Shown one piece after another: positions 1 to 7,783 of a stretch of 11,106 bases of DNA (position 1 is the stretch's first letter; the number at the start of each line of letters is the position of its first letter). Both the position numbers and the translations under genes were made by a program. Source of the DNA: Pedosphaera sp. (GTDB taxonomy: Bacteria > Verrucomicrobiota > Verrucomicrobiia > Limisphaerales > SIBH01); contig JANOQV010000215.1 of assembly GCA_031414955.1 (NCBI GenBank), forward strand, positions 1-11,106, written 5' to 3'. The notes beneath the pieces were generated by a model that searched no databases, was not told where the DNA came from, and was given only the letters and a program-made list of their open reading frames with translations.

Positions 1-49
1 TTAGCTCACGCCTCACCCCGGCGCGCTGAGGACAGCGACGCCCCACCTG
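1..49. repeat. Right half of a REP-like palindromic element (left half lies outside the window)
   Basis: ttagctc-acgcctcaccccggcgcgctgaggacagcgacgccccacc. The arm is the near-perfect reverse complement of 8728-8757, and both places share the putative loop ttagctc. Confidence 0.65.
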
Positions 50-138
50 CGCCCGGTTTCTCGATGCGCGTCCCTCCCCGGCAGATTGCGGGAAGGGGTG
101 ACCTCCTCAAGTGAAGCGTCGCGATGGAACTCCGCCGG

Positions 139-1482
139 TCACAAGCTCCAGCCCTTGCGGTAAGCGCGACGAATGAGCCGCGCGGCTTCCGGCGCATTCG
201 TCACCTTCAGCTTCTTCGCGTCCCAGAGGATTTTTTTGCCCAGGCGATAGGCGACGTTGCCGAGGTGATTCGCCTCGGTGAGCGGGCCGCTGTAGCTGAA
301 CGGGCAAGTCGTCGGCGACCCGGTCTTGCAGGCGAGAAGCCATTCCTTGTGATGTCCGATGCTGTTCGGGATGAAGGGCGCGGGGCGCGGGAAGTCCTGG
401 TACTGCTCCTCGGGCAGCAGCTTGTGCTTGTCGTAATCGGAAATAAGCATGCCCTTGCTGCCGACGAACAGCACGCCGCTGCCCCACTGGGGAATCTTCT
501 TCTCACGCCACAGAGCGGGCTTCTCGACACCCTGATACCAAGTGATCTTCACCGGCGGCAGGTCGCCGCGCGCGCCGTATTCGTAAGTCGCGGTCATGGA
601 GGCGGGCGCGATCTCGGAGTGCGGCGGCGGGCCGCTCGCTTCGATGGTCAGCGGCGCGTCCAGCTTGAGCGCCCAGAAGGGCAGATCGTTCCAATGGCTG
701 CCCAGGTCGCTCATGGTGCCGCCGCCGAAATCCCACCAGCGATACCATTTCGGGCCGGGAAAATAGTCGGAGTGGAACGGGCGATTCGGGGCCGGGCCAA
801 GCCACAAGTCCCAGTTCACGTAGGGCGGCGGCATTTGCGCCTCGGTCGGACGCTCCAGCACGGTCACGATGTCGCCGTGTTTCTTCGCGTCCTCGGGACT
901 CTGCCGGCCCCAGGCGCGCCCGACCCACACATGCGCTTCCGTCACCGGGCCAATCGCACCGCTCTGCACCAGTTCGACCACGCGGCGATAATTCGTTCCG
1001 GCGTGAATCTGCGTGCCCATCTGCGTGGCCACCTTGGCCTTCCTCGCCGCCTCGGTGATCTGGCGTGCTTCCCACACGGAATGCGTGAGCGGTTTCTCGC
1101 AGAACACATGCTTCTTCATCTTCAGCGCCGGCAGCGTGGCGTGCGCGTGCGTGTGCTCGGCGCAACTCACCACCACGGCGTCAAAGTTCTTCGTCTCGTC
1201 GTAGAGCTTGCGGAAGTCCGTGAACTTCTTCGCCTGCGGATGCTTCGCCGCCGCCGCGTCCAGGTTGCGTTCGTTCACGTCGCAGAGCGCGACGATGTTC
1301 TCGCCGCTGACGTCGCCGAGGTTGGAGCCGCCTCGCCCGCCGCAACCAATGACGGCGATGTTCAGCTTATTATTGGGCGACTGGGCGCGGAGGATGGCGG
1401 GAAAGCCCGCGAGGGCGGCGGCGGTCAGGCCGACCGTTCCTATGAACCGACGACGCGGGTGCAGATCTGAGGTGTTGTTCAT
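139..1482 (-). CDS. Gfo/Idh/MocA family NAD(P)-dependent oxidoreductase with Tat signal peptide
   Basis: Twin-arginine leader ([18 protein letters not shown]), Rossmann motif [18 protein letters not shown] motif, [14 protein letters not shown], and the C-terminal ending [12 protein letters not shown]. The ATG at 1482 is preferred over the ORF-track start at 1521. Confidence 0.93.
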   Translation of the reverse strand: MNNTSDLHPRRRFIGTVGLTAAALAGFPAILRAQSPNNKLNIAVIGCGGRGGSNLGDVSGENIVALCDVNERNLDAAAAKHPQAKKFTDFRKLYDETKNFDAVVVSCAEHTHAHATLPALKMKKHVFCEKPLTHSVWEARQITEAARKAKVATQMGTQIHAGTNYRRVVELVQSGAIGPVTEAHVWVGRAWGRQSPEDAKKHGDIVTVLERPTEAQMPPPYVNWDLWLGPAPNRPFHSDYFPGPKWYRWWDFGGGTMSDLGSHWNDLPFWALKLDAPLTIEASGPPPHSEIAPASMTATYEYGARGDLPPVKITWYQGVEKPALWREKKIPQWGSGVLFVGSKGMLISDYDKHKLLPEEQYQDFPRPAPFIPNSIGHHKEWLLACKTGSPTTCPFSYSGPLTEANHLGNVAYRLGKKILWDAKKLKVTNAPEAARLIRRAYRKGWSL

Positions 1483-1534
1483 GCTGGGGCTAGTGTTTGC
1501 AAATAATCCAATCGTGAGCAACCCCTGCGGCCGG

Positions 1535-3583
1535 TTAACGGTTCGCAGGGTCTGTCACCCAATCCACGGAAAAGCGCGCGAAGGTGATGGTTTTGTAGCC
1601 GTCGCGCTCGAAGAGGCAGCCGACCGCGCCGTCCGGCAGCGTCGTGAGGCAACTGTAGGCGAAGCCGCCGGGATGCAGCACACGCGACGCAGCCCAAGTC
1701 TGGCCGTCGTCGCGGCTCAAGCGGATGACGCCATTGGTGCGTCCGCCTGGCGCGCCGGGGTTGCTAAAAAGCAGGACATCGCGCGCCGGATCGCCGGTGT
1801 TCGGATGGCGCAAAACACTCGCCTGGCAGGTGGGTTCAACGAGCGTCGCATCGTGTTGCGTGGTGGACCAGGTCTCGCCGCCATCATGGCTGATGGAGAT
1901 TTTCCGCTGCTTCAATCCGCCGCCCTGGTTGCGGGCGTTGAGCATCACGGAGCCATCCTTCAATTCGACGAACTGTACTTCGTTCGCGTGGCCGGCGGCA
2001 CCTTCGGCCGCAACTTGTCCGTAGCGCCAGGTCTGACCTGCGTCATCGCTGAACACGGCATAGACCGCCCACTTGCCAAACGGTCCCTGATTGAAGGGCA
2101 TGAGAATGCGTCCGGCGCGCGGCCCGCGACGAAGTTGGATGCCGATGCCCGGCCCGGTCGCGGTGCTGGTGACGATGGTGGGACGCTTCACCGACGCGGT
2201 GATCTCCCGTGGCTTGCTCCAGGTCGCGCCTTCGTCATCGCTGTGTTGAAGCCAGGTGCGGCAAATGCGCGGGCCATCGAGACCCGGCTCGGCCTTGTGC
2301 TCGTCGAAGCCTTTCGCGTAACGCTGATACATCACCAGCACGCGCCCCGACTCGCGCACGACCACCGCGGTGGGATTGCCCAGCGCGTTCGTGCCATCCT
2401 CGGCCACGACCTGGAGCGCGCCCCACGTCTGGCCGCCGTCGGTGCTGCGCTTGAGCACGATGTCGTTCTCGGCGTGATCGCGCAGACTGGCTCGGCCCTC
2501 GGCCAAGGCCAGCAGCGTGCCATTGGTCGTGGCGATGAGGGATGGAATGCGGAAGGCGGGATAGCCCTCCCGACCGTTGGTGAAGACATCCGTGAAGGCT
2601 GGCAGCGTGCTCCCGGCGTCCCGCCGGGTCGGCGGCGGCGTGCTGGGCGTAGTTGGGGAGACCCGGCCCGGCGGGACGCCGGGGGCGCTGGTGCGGCGCA
2701 GATCGCTCACGCCGTTTTTCAAGCCGTGCAGTCCGCGCACTTCAACCGCTGACAGGGCGCGGTTGAACACGGCCAGTTCATCGAACAGGCCGATATAACC
2801 CAGGCCGAGCGCCAGGGCGCATTGCTCCTCGTCCCAGGTGAAGGTTTGCCGGCGCGGGCTGACGGTCGCGGCGTGGTCGCCATCGAGATAAAGTTTCGCC
2901 ACGCCGTCGTCGCGGCCGGTGTTGAATCGCTCGAAGGTGAAGACGACGTGGGTCCACTTGCCCCGCGCGAACGGCGTGGTCGGCGCGGCTGAGAGCGGCT
3001 TCTCGGCGGCGGTCACGTCCGCCCATTTTTTGTTGGCCGGATTCCACACTTTGAAGTCGGGATACACGCCGAGCCGGAACGGGACATCGTTGGTGCGCTT
3101 CTCGAACTCGACGAAGAAACAGGCGTCGTTCCACGCGCGCGGCGTCACTTGAATGGGATCGCAGAAGCCCGGCGCTAGCTCGGTCGCGGGATCGGTGCTC
3201 AACCAGAACGAGACCGTGCCGCTCCAGCCGTTCGTGGTGTAAGGCACGTTCTTCGCGGCGCGGAAAAAGATCAGCGGCGACTTCTTCTGCGTGAAACGCA
3301 GGGCGCTGCCGAAACGGCCGGCGCCCGGATCCAGGCGCACTTCCCCGGCGGCCGGCAGGCCGGGCGTGGCCCCGGACTGTCTGGCCAGGGACGCTCCGTG
3401 CCGCAGCGCGCGGTCGCCGAGGGCGAAGTCGGCCTCGAGGCCATGGTCGAAGGAGGCGTGGAAGGTGAGAGCCTCGCGCAGACGGGCGGGCGAACTGGAC
3501 GGACCGCCCGCGCATCCGCCCAGCGCCAGGAGAACGAAGGCGGAAGATACGAGCACAAACTGTCGAGTGAACCGGGAATTCAT
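1535..3583 (-). CDS. Lipoprotein with N-terminal LamG/concanavalin-like domain fused to a GH33-like sialidase (BNR/Asp-box beta-propeller)
   Basis: Lipobox LALGG-C. LamG motifs GTVSFW, WTHVVFT, AKLYLDG and [14 protein letters not shown]. Sialidase FRIP motif and five Asp boxes ([40 protein letters not shown]). Candidate catalytic Glu (ANEVQ), Arg (NARN, GGRTN) and Tyr (FAYSCL). Confidence 0.9.
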   Translation of the reverse strand: MNSRFTRQFVLVSSAFVLLALGGCAGGPSSSPARLREALTFHASFDHGLEADFALGDRALRHGASLARQSGATPGLPAAGEVRLDPGAGRFGSALRFTQKKSPLIFFRAAKNVPYTTNGWSGTVSFWLSTDPATELAPGFCDPIQVTPRAWNDACFFVEFEKRTNDVPFRLGVYPDFKVWNPANKKWADVTAAEKPLSAAPTTPFARGKWTHVVFTFERFNTGRDDGVAKLYLDGDHAATVSPRRQTFTWDEEQCALALGLGYIGLFDELAVFNRALSAVEVRGLHGLKNGVSDLRRTSAPGVPPGRVSPTTPSTPPPTRRDAGSTLPAFTDVFTNGREGYPAFRIPSLIATTNGTLLALAEGRASLRDHAENDIVLKRSTDGGQTWGALQVVAEDGTNALGNPTAVVVRESGRVLVMYQRYAKGFDEHKAEPGLDGPRICRTWLQHSDDEGATWSKPREITASVKRPTIVTSTATGPGIGIQLRRGPRAGRILMPFNQGPFGKWAVYAVFSDDAGQTWRYGQVAAEGAAGHANEVQFVELKDGSVMLNARNQGGGLKQRKISISHDGGETWSTTQHDATLVEPTCQASVLRHPNTGDPARDVLLFSNPGAPGGRTNGVIRLSRDDGQTWAASRVLHPGGFAYSCLTTLPDGAVGCLFERDGYKTITFARFSVDWVTDPANR
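2607..2688. repeat. REP-like inverted repeat inside the CDS, encoding the interdomain linker
   Basis: 26-bp arms at 2607-2632 (gtgctcccggcgtcccgccgggtcgg) and 2663-2688 (ccggcccggcgggacgccgggggcgc). The three mismatches are all T.G wobble-type on the + strand. Confidence 0.8.
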
Positions 3584-3633
3584 GCGTCTTGGATGCCGGA
3601 CGCGCGCGGGTTCTTCGAGACAATTCCGTTTGG

Positions 3634-3725
3634 AACCACGGGGGACACGGAGTGCGCGGAACCAGAAGAATGGATCAACAATTCCAAACCCTGTTTCCCA
3701 CTTCCGTGCTTTCGGTGTTTCAATG
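3634..3725. repeat. Degenerate inverted repeat of the CACGGAA...TTCCGTG type
   Basis: aaccacgggggacacggagtgcgcggaa ... ttccgtgctttcggtgtttc; about 14/20 complementary by manual alignment. Confidence 0.45.
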
Positions 3726-3784
3726 CCGTCAGCACTGCGGGCGTTTCCGCCTCACCGGGGGCACAACTCGACACCCGCACCACT

Positions 3785-3894
3785 CGGAGCGCGGGCTTTC
3801 CAGCCCGCAGCGATGTGGAACGACGAAAAGCGCGACGAGAGCGGAAGCAGTCAGCCCATGGAGCGTGGCTGAGGACTGGAAAGTCCGCGCTCCG
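3785..3894. repeat. REP-like doublet (GGAG-type arms)
   Basis: cggagcgcgggctttccagcccgcagc (3785-3811) pairs with gctgaggactggaaagtccgcgctccg (3868-3894), 24/27 complementary. The left arm has its own internal hairpin gcgggct-ttcc-agcccgc. Confidence 0.8.
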
Positions 3895-3976
3895 GTGCGG
3901 GCGTCGAATCGCGCCCCCCTCCCGGGGGCTCTGGTATTGTTCTTGAAGGCCAAAACAGCGACATCAGCCTGTAACC

Positions 3977-4575
3977 ATGATCACGAAATTCCTCCGTTCA
4001 GTCTGCCGCCTTTTTCTGGCGCAATCCATCCTCGCCGCTGTCGTTGTGGCGGCGGCCCCGCGAGTGTTGCCCGAGGGCAAGCTGCCCAACGATGTCCGGC
4101 TGGAGCCGCTGAAGGATCTGGACGGCAACTTCCCTTTCACTCCGCCGAAGCAGTTCGGCTACGAACGGCTGCGCTACTTCCAGCCCTTGCGCAGCCTGTT
4201 CGACGCGGGCGCAGTGGCCGGCGGCGGCTCGGACCACATGCAGAAGCTGGGTTCGCTGCGGTCGATCAATTTCTACAATCCGTTCCTCGGCATGGCCACG
4301 GCCATCACGCGCCGCGCGAAGTCGTATGAGAAACCGCTGCATCCCGAGGAGGCCCTGAGCCGCGAGCAGGCCATCCGCTTCTACACCATCAACAACGCAC
4401 GCATCCTGGGTTGCGACGGTCAGCCCGGTTCGCTCGAACCCGGCAAGCTGGCCGACATAATCGTGCTCGACACGGACTTGCTACCTGTGCGGAGGACAAG
4501 ATTGCCACGACCCAGGTGTTGCGGACTTACGTCGGCGGCAAACTGGTTCACCGGCGGGAGCTGACTGCCCGGTGA
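3977..4575 (+). pseudogene. Chimeric pseudogene: N-terminus of a secreted hydrolase fused to a frameshifted amidohydrolase-3 C-terminus
   Basis: Signal peptide plus PRVLPEGKLPNDVRLEPLKDLDGNFPFTPP resembles, from recall, the N-terminus of PVC acetylxylan-esterase-like alpha/beta hydrolases. From about 4148 the amidohydrolase motifs GGSDH, NPFLGMATAITRR, LSREQAIRFYTINNA and GSLEPGKLADIIVLD follow. A 1-nt deletion near 4482 (ct-acc versus ctgacc in the 5641 copy) shifts the frame; the corrected frame reads TCAEDKIATTQVLRTYVGGKLVH. Confidence 0.8.
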
Positions 4576-4625
4576 TTTGCACGCCGGAGGAATGGTGCGC
4601 GGCGCGCGTGAAGCTCAGGCGGCCC
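4565..4625 (+). pseudogene. Internally deleted relic of the PIN-tail/partner gene pair seen at 5340-5607
   Basis: 4565-4593 matches 5396-5424 (27/29) and 4595-4625 matches 5470-5500 (28/31). The roughly 45 bp between them is missing. Confidence 0.75.
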
Positions 4626-4671
4626 AAATCCCAAAATTGAAGAAAACTAGGAATGCCGGGGTGATGCCGGC

Positions 4672-5079
4672 TCAACTCGGGGCGATGAGCTGAACATTTG
4701 GAAAATAAGTGCGGTAGCGGGCCGCGTCTCTCGTCACCAGCGTCCGCTGCTCCATCTCGGCCTGGGCTCCGATGTAGAAATCCGGCAGGGGCGAAGTTCT
4801 GGCGCCGCCGTCACGGCGGTACTTCAAAAACGCCTGAGCGGTTAGCCACCCGGCGGCGTAAGGCAAAGGCAGCCGCTGAAAAACCGCCGGGTCGAGCCAT
4901 TTGTCCAAATCAGCGGCACTCGCAAACGCCGGGGCCAGTTCGGCGTAGATGATGGGGTTGATGAGAATCGGTCCCTGCGCTGCGGCGGTGCGAAACTGAT
5001 TTTCCGACCAGGAGAGCCAGACGGGGTCGGCGGTGGCGATGTCCAGCAAGACATTCGTGTCGAAGAGGAATCCGCTCAT
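4672..5079 (-). CDS. vapC: PIN-domain ribonuclease toxin, VapC family
   Basis: 135 aa with LFDTNVLLD, INPIIYAEL, PLPDFYIGAQA and LVTRD...RYRTYFP, containing the acidic PIN active-site residues. It overlaps the upstream small ORF by 4 nt (ATGA). Confidence 0.92.
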   Translation of the reverse strand: MSGFLFDTNVLLDIATADPVWLSWSENQFRTAAAQGPILINPIIYAELAPAFASAADLDKWLDPAVFQRLPLPYAAGWLTAQAFLKYRRDGGARTSPLPDFYIGAQAEMEQRTLVTRDAARYRTYFPNVQLIAPS

Positions 5080-5279
5080 CCCTCACCCCGGGTGAGAGCC
5101 ATCAGCTTCGCTGTCGTCTCACCGGGTCGGGCGGCACCGCGCGCCCGCTCCAGCCAGTTCTCCACCGGTGGCGGCGTGACCCGTTTCAGACGAAGCACTT
5201 CCAGCCAGCCCGCCAGTTCATCCACCTGTGGGGCGGCGAGCTTTTCAATGGCGCTCTCAATCTCAGCAATGCTGCTCAT
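5076..5279 (-). CDS. Putative antitoxin of the VapC toxin
   Basis: 67 aa, translationally coupled directly upstream of vapC. The C-terminus RARGAARPGETTAKLMALTRGE resembles VapB tails that pair with this VapC subtype (from recall). Confidence 0.8.
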   Translation of the reverse strand: MSSIAEIESAIEKLAAPQVDELAGWLEVLRLKRVTPPPVENWLERARGAARPGETTAKLMALTRGEG

Positions 5280-5285
5280 GGCCGC

Positions 5286-5315
5286 AATCTAGCCCGTGCG
5301 AGCCGCCTGCGGCAA
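5286..5315 (-). promoter_or_regulatory. Putative sigma70-type promoter for a leaderless TA transcript
   Basis: The minus strand reads TTGCCG-N18-TAGATT-gcggcc-ATG, with no Shine-Dalgarno sequence before the ATG. Confidence 0.5.
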
Positions 5316-5339
5316 GACCCGCCTGCGGCGAATCTGCCC

Positions 5340-5438
5340 GCCAACGCCGAAATGGCCGTGGCCATCGAGCAAGTTTGCCGGGACCACGGTCTGGCCTGCC
5401 CGGTGATTTGCACCCCGGAAGAATTGATGGGAACCTGA
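5340..5438 (+). pseudogene. 3' fragment of a second PIN-domain toxin gene
   Basis: Translates ANAEMAVAIEQVCRDHGLACPVICTPEELMGT*, matching the ANA...ICTPEEL C-terminal signature of a PIN subfamily (from recall). The upstream in-frame sequence has no PIN motifs. Confidence 0.75.
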
Positions 5439-5442
5439 CGCC

Positions 5443-5607
5443 ATGTGGAAAGATGAAATAGTCGAGGAAGTGCGTGGCGCGCGGGAAGCCCAGGCGGCCC
5501 GCCAGGGATTCGACCTCAAGGCCATACTCGCCGAGGCCCGGAAGCGGCAGAAGAAATCCGGTCGCCGGGTGGTCTCCTTTGTGCCCAAGCCCAAAAAGAC
5601 CGGCTGA
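5443..5607 (+). CDS. 54-aa hypothetical protein, probable downstream partner/antitoxin of ICTPEEL-type PIN toxins (below the ORF-track cutoff)
   Basis: MWKDEIVEEVRGAREAQAARQGFDLKAILAEARKRQKKSGRRVVSFVPKPKKTG*. It starts 4 nt after the PIN fragment stop and resembles the MWxDxIVEEVR family that follows such toxins. Confidence 0.75.
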   Translation: MWKDEIVEEVRGAREAQAARQGFDLKAILAEARKRQKKSGRRVVSFVPKPKKTG

Positions 5608-5640
5608 ACCGGACAGAAGATTGGTGCGCAGTGGTCGATG

Positions 5641-5829
5641 AACAACGCGCGCGTCCTGGCTTGCGACGACAAGCTCGGCTCACTCGAACCCGGCAAGCTG
5701 GCCGACCTCATCGTGCTCGACACGGACCTGCTGACCTGTGCGGAGGACAAAATTGCCGCGACCCAGGTGTTGCGAACTTATGTCGGCGGCAAAGTAGTCC
5801 ATCGGCGGGAGCCGGTGGCCGGGCCATGA
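5641..5829 (+). pseudogene. Second copy of the amidohydrolase 3' end (in-frame, 5'-truncated)
   Basis: NNARVLACDDKLGSLEPGKLADLIVLDTDLLTCAEDKIAATQVLRTYVGGKVVHRREPVAGP*. 5641-5811 matches 4391-4560 at about 150/171 nt by manual count. Confidence 0.85.
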
Positions 5830-5882
5830 ACGGAGTTTAAGACTGCAATTGAATGAAATTTCCCCGGGGGAATTGTCGATTG

Positions 5883-6908
5883 TTAGAACCGATCCTTTTC
5901 AGAGGTGCCAGGGGGCAATACTTTGCGTGGCTTGAAGGTGCGTGCCAGTCGTTGCCCCTCCGCGCGCTGGTCGGGAGCCAGCCGGCGTTCGATTACCGGG
6001 ATGTAATCCCTGGCAGCCTTATCTCCTTGAGCGCCGGCAACCAGCAACCACTTGTACGCCTCGACATCGTCTTTCACTACGCCTTGGCCGTTCGCGTATT
6101 TCGCGCCGAGATTGAATTGTGCCTGGGCATAGCCTTGATCGGCGGCTTTCCTATACCACTTCACCGCTTCGACTTCATTCTTCGCTATCCCGTTTCCAAG
6201 GTCATACGCCAAACCGAGATTTAACTGCGCCGCCTCAAAGCCTTGCTCCGCAGCCTTGCGGTACCACCTCACCGCTTCGGCCGCGTCCTTCGCGACTCCG
6301 TCGCCGTTTGCGTAGCTAACGCCAAGACTAAATTGTGCTAGGGCGAAATTCTGCTCAGCGGCCTTGCGGAACCACTTCACTGCCTCAGCCACGTCTTTCG
6401 CGACTCCGCCACCATTGTCGTAGCAAACACCCAGACTGAATTGTGCTTCGGCAAAATTCTGCTCAGCAGCTTTTCGATACCAATTTGCGGCTTCAGACAT
6501 CGTCTTGGTCACGCCCCTTCCGTTTTCGTAGCAAATGCCCAAATTGTATTGAGCCAAGACGTTGTTTTCTTCCGCGGCTTTGCGAAACCATTTGGCAGCC
6601 TCCGCCCCATCTTCCGCGACGCCTCGCCCCTCACTGTAGCAGAGGCCCAGGTTCACTTGCGCCAGTGGATGCCCTTGTTCGGCAGCTTTGCGATACCATT
6701 TCACCGCCTCCATTTCATCCTTCGTGACACCAAAACTGCCGAAGCTGAATGCCCCACCCAGCCTATATTGCGACTGGGCATCGCCTTTTTCGGCCTTGGC
6801 TTTGAGTTCTTGAAAGAGGTTGCGCTCGGCTTCCGTTTGTTGGGCGGCCAGTTGAACGCCGGACGCACCGAGCAACAACAGAATCCACACCATCTGGAAC
6901 GCTTTCAT
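5883..6908 (-). CDS. Secreted Sel1-like repeat (SLR) protein
   Basis: Signal peptide followed by seven repeats of about 36 aa with consensus AQxNLGxxYxxGxGVxKDxxEAVKWYRKAAEQ, and a C-terminal cap helix. Confidence 0.95.
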   Translation of the reverse strand: MKAFQMVWILLLLGASGVQLAAQQTEAERNLFQELKAKAEKGDAQSQYRLGGAFSFGSFGVTKDEMEAVKWYRKAAEQGHPLAQVNLGLCYSEGRGVAEDGAEAAKWFRKAAEENNVLAQYNLGICYENGRGVTKTMSEAANWYRKAAEQNFAEAQFSLGVCYDNGGGVAKDVAEAVKWFRKAAEQNFALAQFSLGVSYANGDGVAKDAAEAVRWYRKAAEQGFEAAQLNLGLAYDLGNGIAKNEVEAVKWYRKAADQGYAQAQFNLGAKYANGQGVVKDDVEAYKWLLVAGAQGDKAARDYIPVIERRLAPDQRAEGQRLARTFKPRKVLPPGTSEKDRF

Positions 6909-6914
6909 GCCGCC

Positions 6915-6942
6915 AGACTAAAGGGTGCGAATTCTCTGGCAA
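6915..6942 (-). promoter_or_regulatory. Putative sigma70-type promoter for a leaderless SLR transcript
   Basis: The minus strand reads TTGCCA-N16-TAGTCT-ggcggc-ATG, the same layout as upstream of the antitoxin. Confidence 0.45.
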
Positions 6943-6991
6943 GCACCCCGTGCTGCGCGCATCAGCTCACATGGTTCCTGCGATGAAAGCC

Positions 6992-7783
6992 TCACTGATT
7001 GAGGATCCCATCTTGACGAAGAAAACTCGCGTGCGTGAAGGATACCCGCGCGCAGAGAGGTGATCCCGGCAAGGCTCGGTACCTTCTGTCAGGTGTGTTG
7101 CTTTCTAACGGACCGCTTGTGGCGAACCCAACAAGTCGTAGCTCCCCATTTTCTGTAAGCCGATACGTCGGACTGCCGCTAATGCCCGCCAAAGAATCTT
7201 TCACGTCGTTCAAGACCTGTCTGTTCTCGTCGTCGCAGAAAACGACGATGGATCGGTCGCTTGTGTCTGTGATGGCAAACGGGAGTGCCGCGCATCCGAA
7301 CGCGACATTTATCTCGGTCGTCGTTCGCCATGCTTTTGGAAAGCCCAAGGTCACGATGCATTGTCCTTTTTCACTTCGCGGGATCGGCCAGCCCGAGATT
7401 TTGAACCAGCTCTTGTTGTGCGGAACCGCGATCCCTTCTGGCCCGAATTCAAGCACGACAAGATCAAGGTCTCGATCAATAGCTAGTCGGTGTGCGAGAG
7501 GATTCTTGAACGCGATGCAATCTCCTTGCCCCAAGTTCACTGCAAGAATTGCCCCTTCGTTCGCATCGTGTTGTTTTTCGTATTCATCCCAGACGTGGCA
7601 ACAAGTGACGAGAAGTCGTTTCTGGCCCGTGTCGATCAGCGCGTAGGTTCCGCCGACCAAATCAGCGGGGTAGGAGTGAAGTGTGGGCGCAACAAATATG
7701 GGACCACAATAGCGTACCAGTTCATTTGTGAGCTGAACAAGCTGCTGTCCCAGCGTCGGCCCCTGCATGTCTTTTCTGATCAT
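6992..7783 (-). CDS. Hypothetical protein with trypsin-like serine peptidase motifs
   Basis: Ordered triad motifs LLVTCCHV (His), DLDLVVL (Asp) and GISGSP (Ser), plus VTLGFP and LRLVG. AGGAG lies 4 nt upstream of the ATG at 7783. No signal peptide. GC is lower than the flanks (30/60 at 7321-7380). Confidence 0.72.
   Translation of the reverse strand: MIRKDMQGPTLGQQLVQLTNELVRYCGPIFVAPTLHSYPADLVGGTYALIDTGQKRLLVTCCHVWDEYEKQHDANEGAILAVNLGQGDCIAFKNPLAHRLAIDRDLDLVVLEFGPEGIAVPHNKSWFKISGWPIPRSEKGQCIVTLGFPKAWRTTTEINVAFGCAALPFAITDTSDRSIVVFCDDENRQVLNDVKDSLAGISGSPTYRLTENGELRLVGFATSGPLESNTPDRRYRALPGSPLCARVSFTHASFLRQDGILNQ

Noticed and set aside
72..99. Hairpin ccctcccc...gggaagggg downstream of the oxidoreductase
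   Set aside because: The stem is imperfect and has no U-tract, so it cannot be called a terminator.
124..2752. Long plus-strand ORFs (448 aa and 514 aa)
   Set aside because: Antisense shadows of well-supported high-GC genes, with no recognisable motifs.
5883..6800. 108-bp periodic DNA repeats as a CRISPR or other array
   Set aside because: Fully explained by the 36-aa Sel1 protein repeats.
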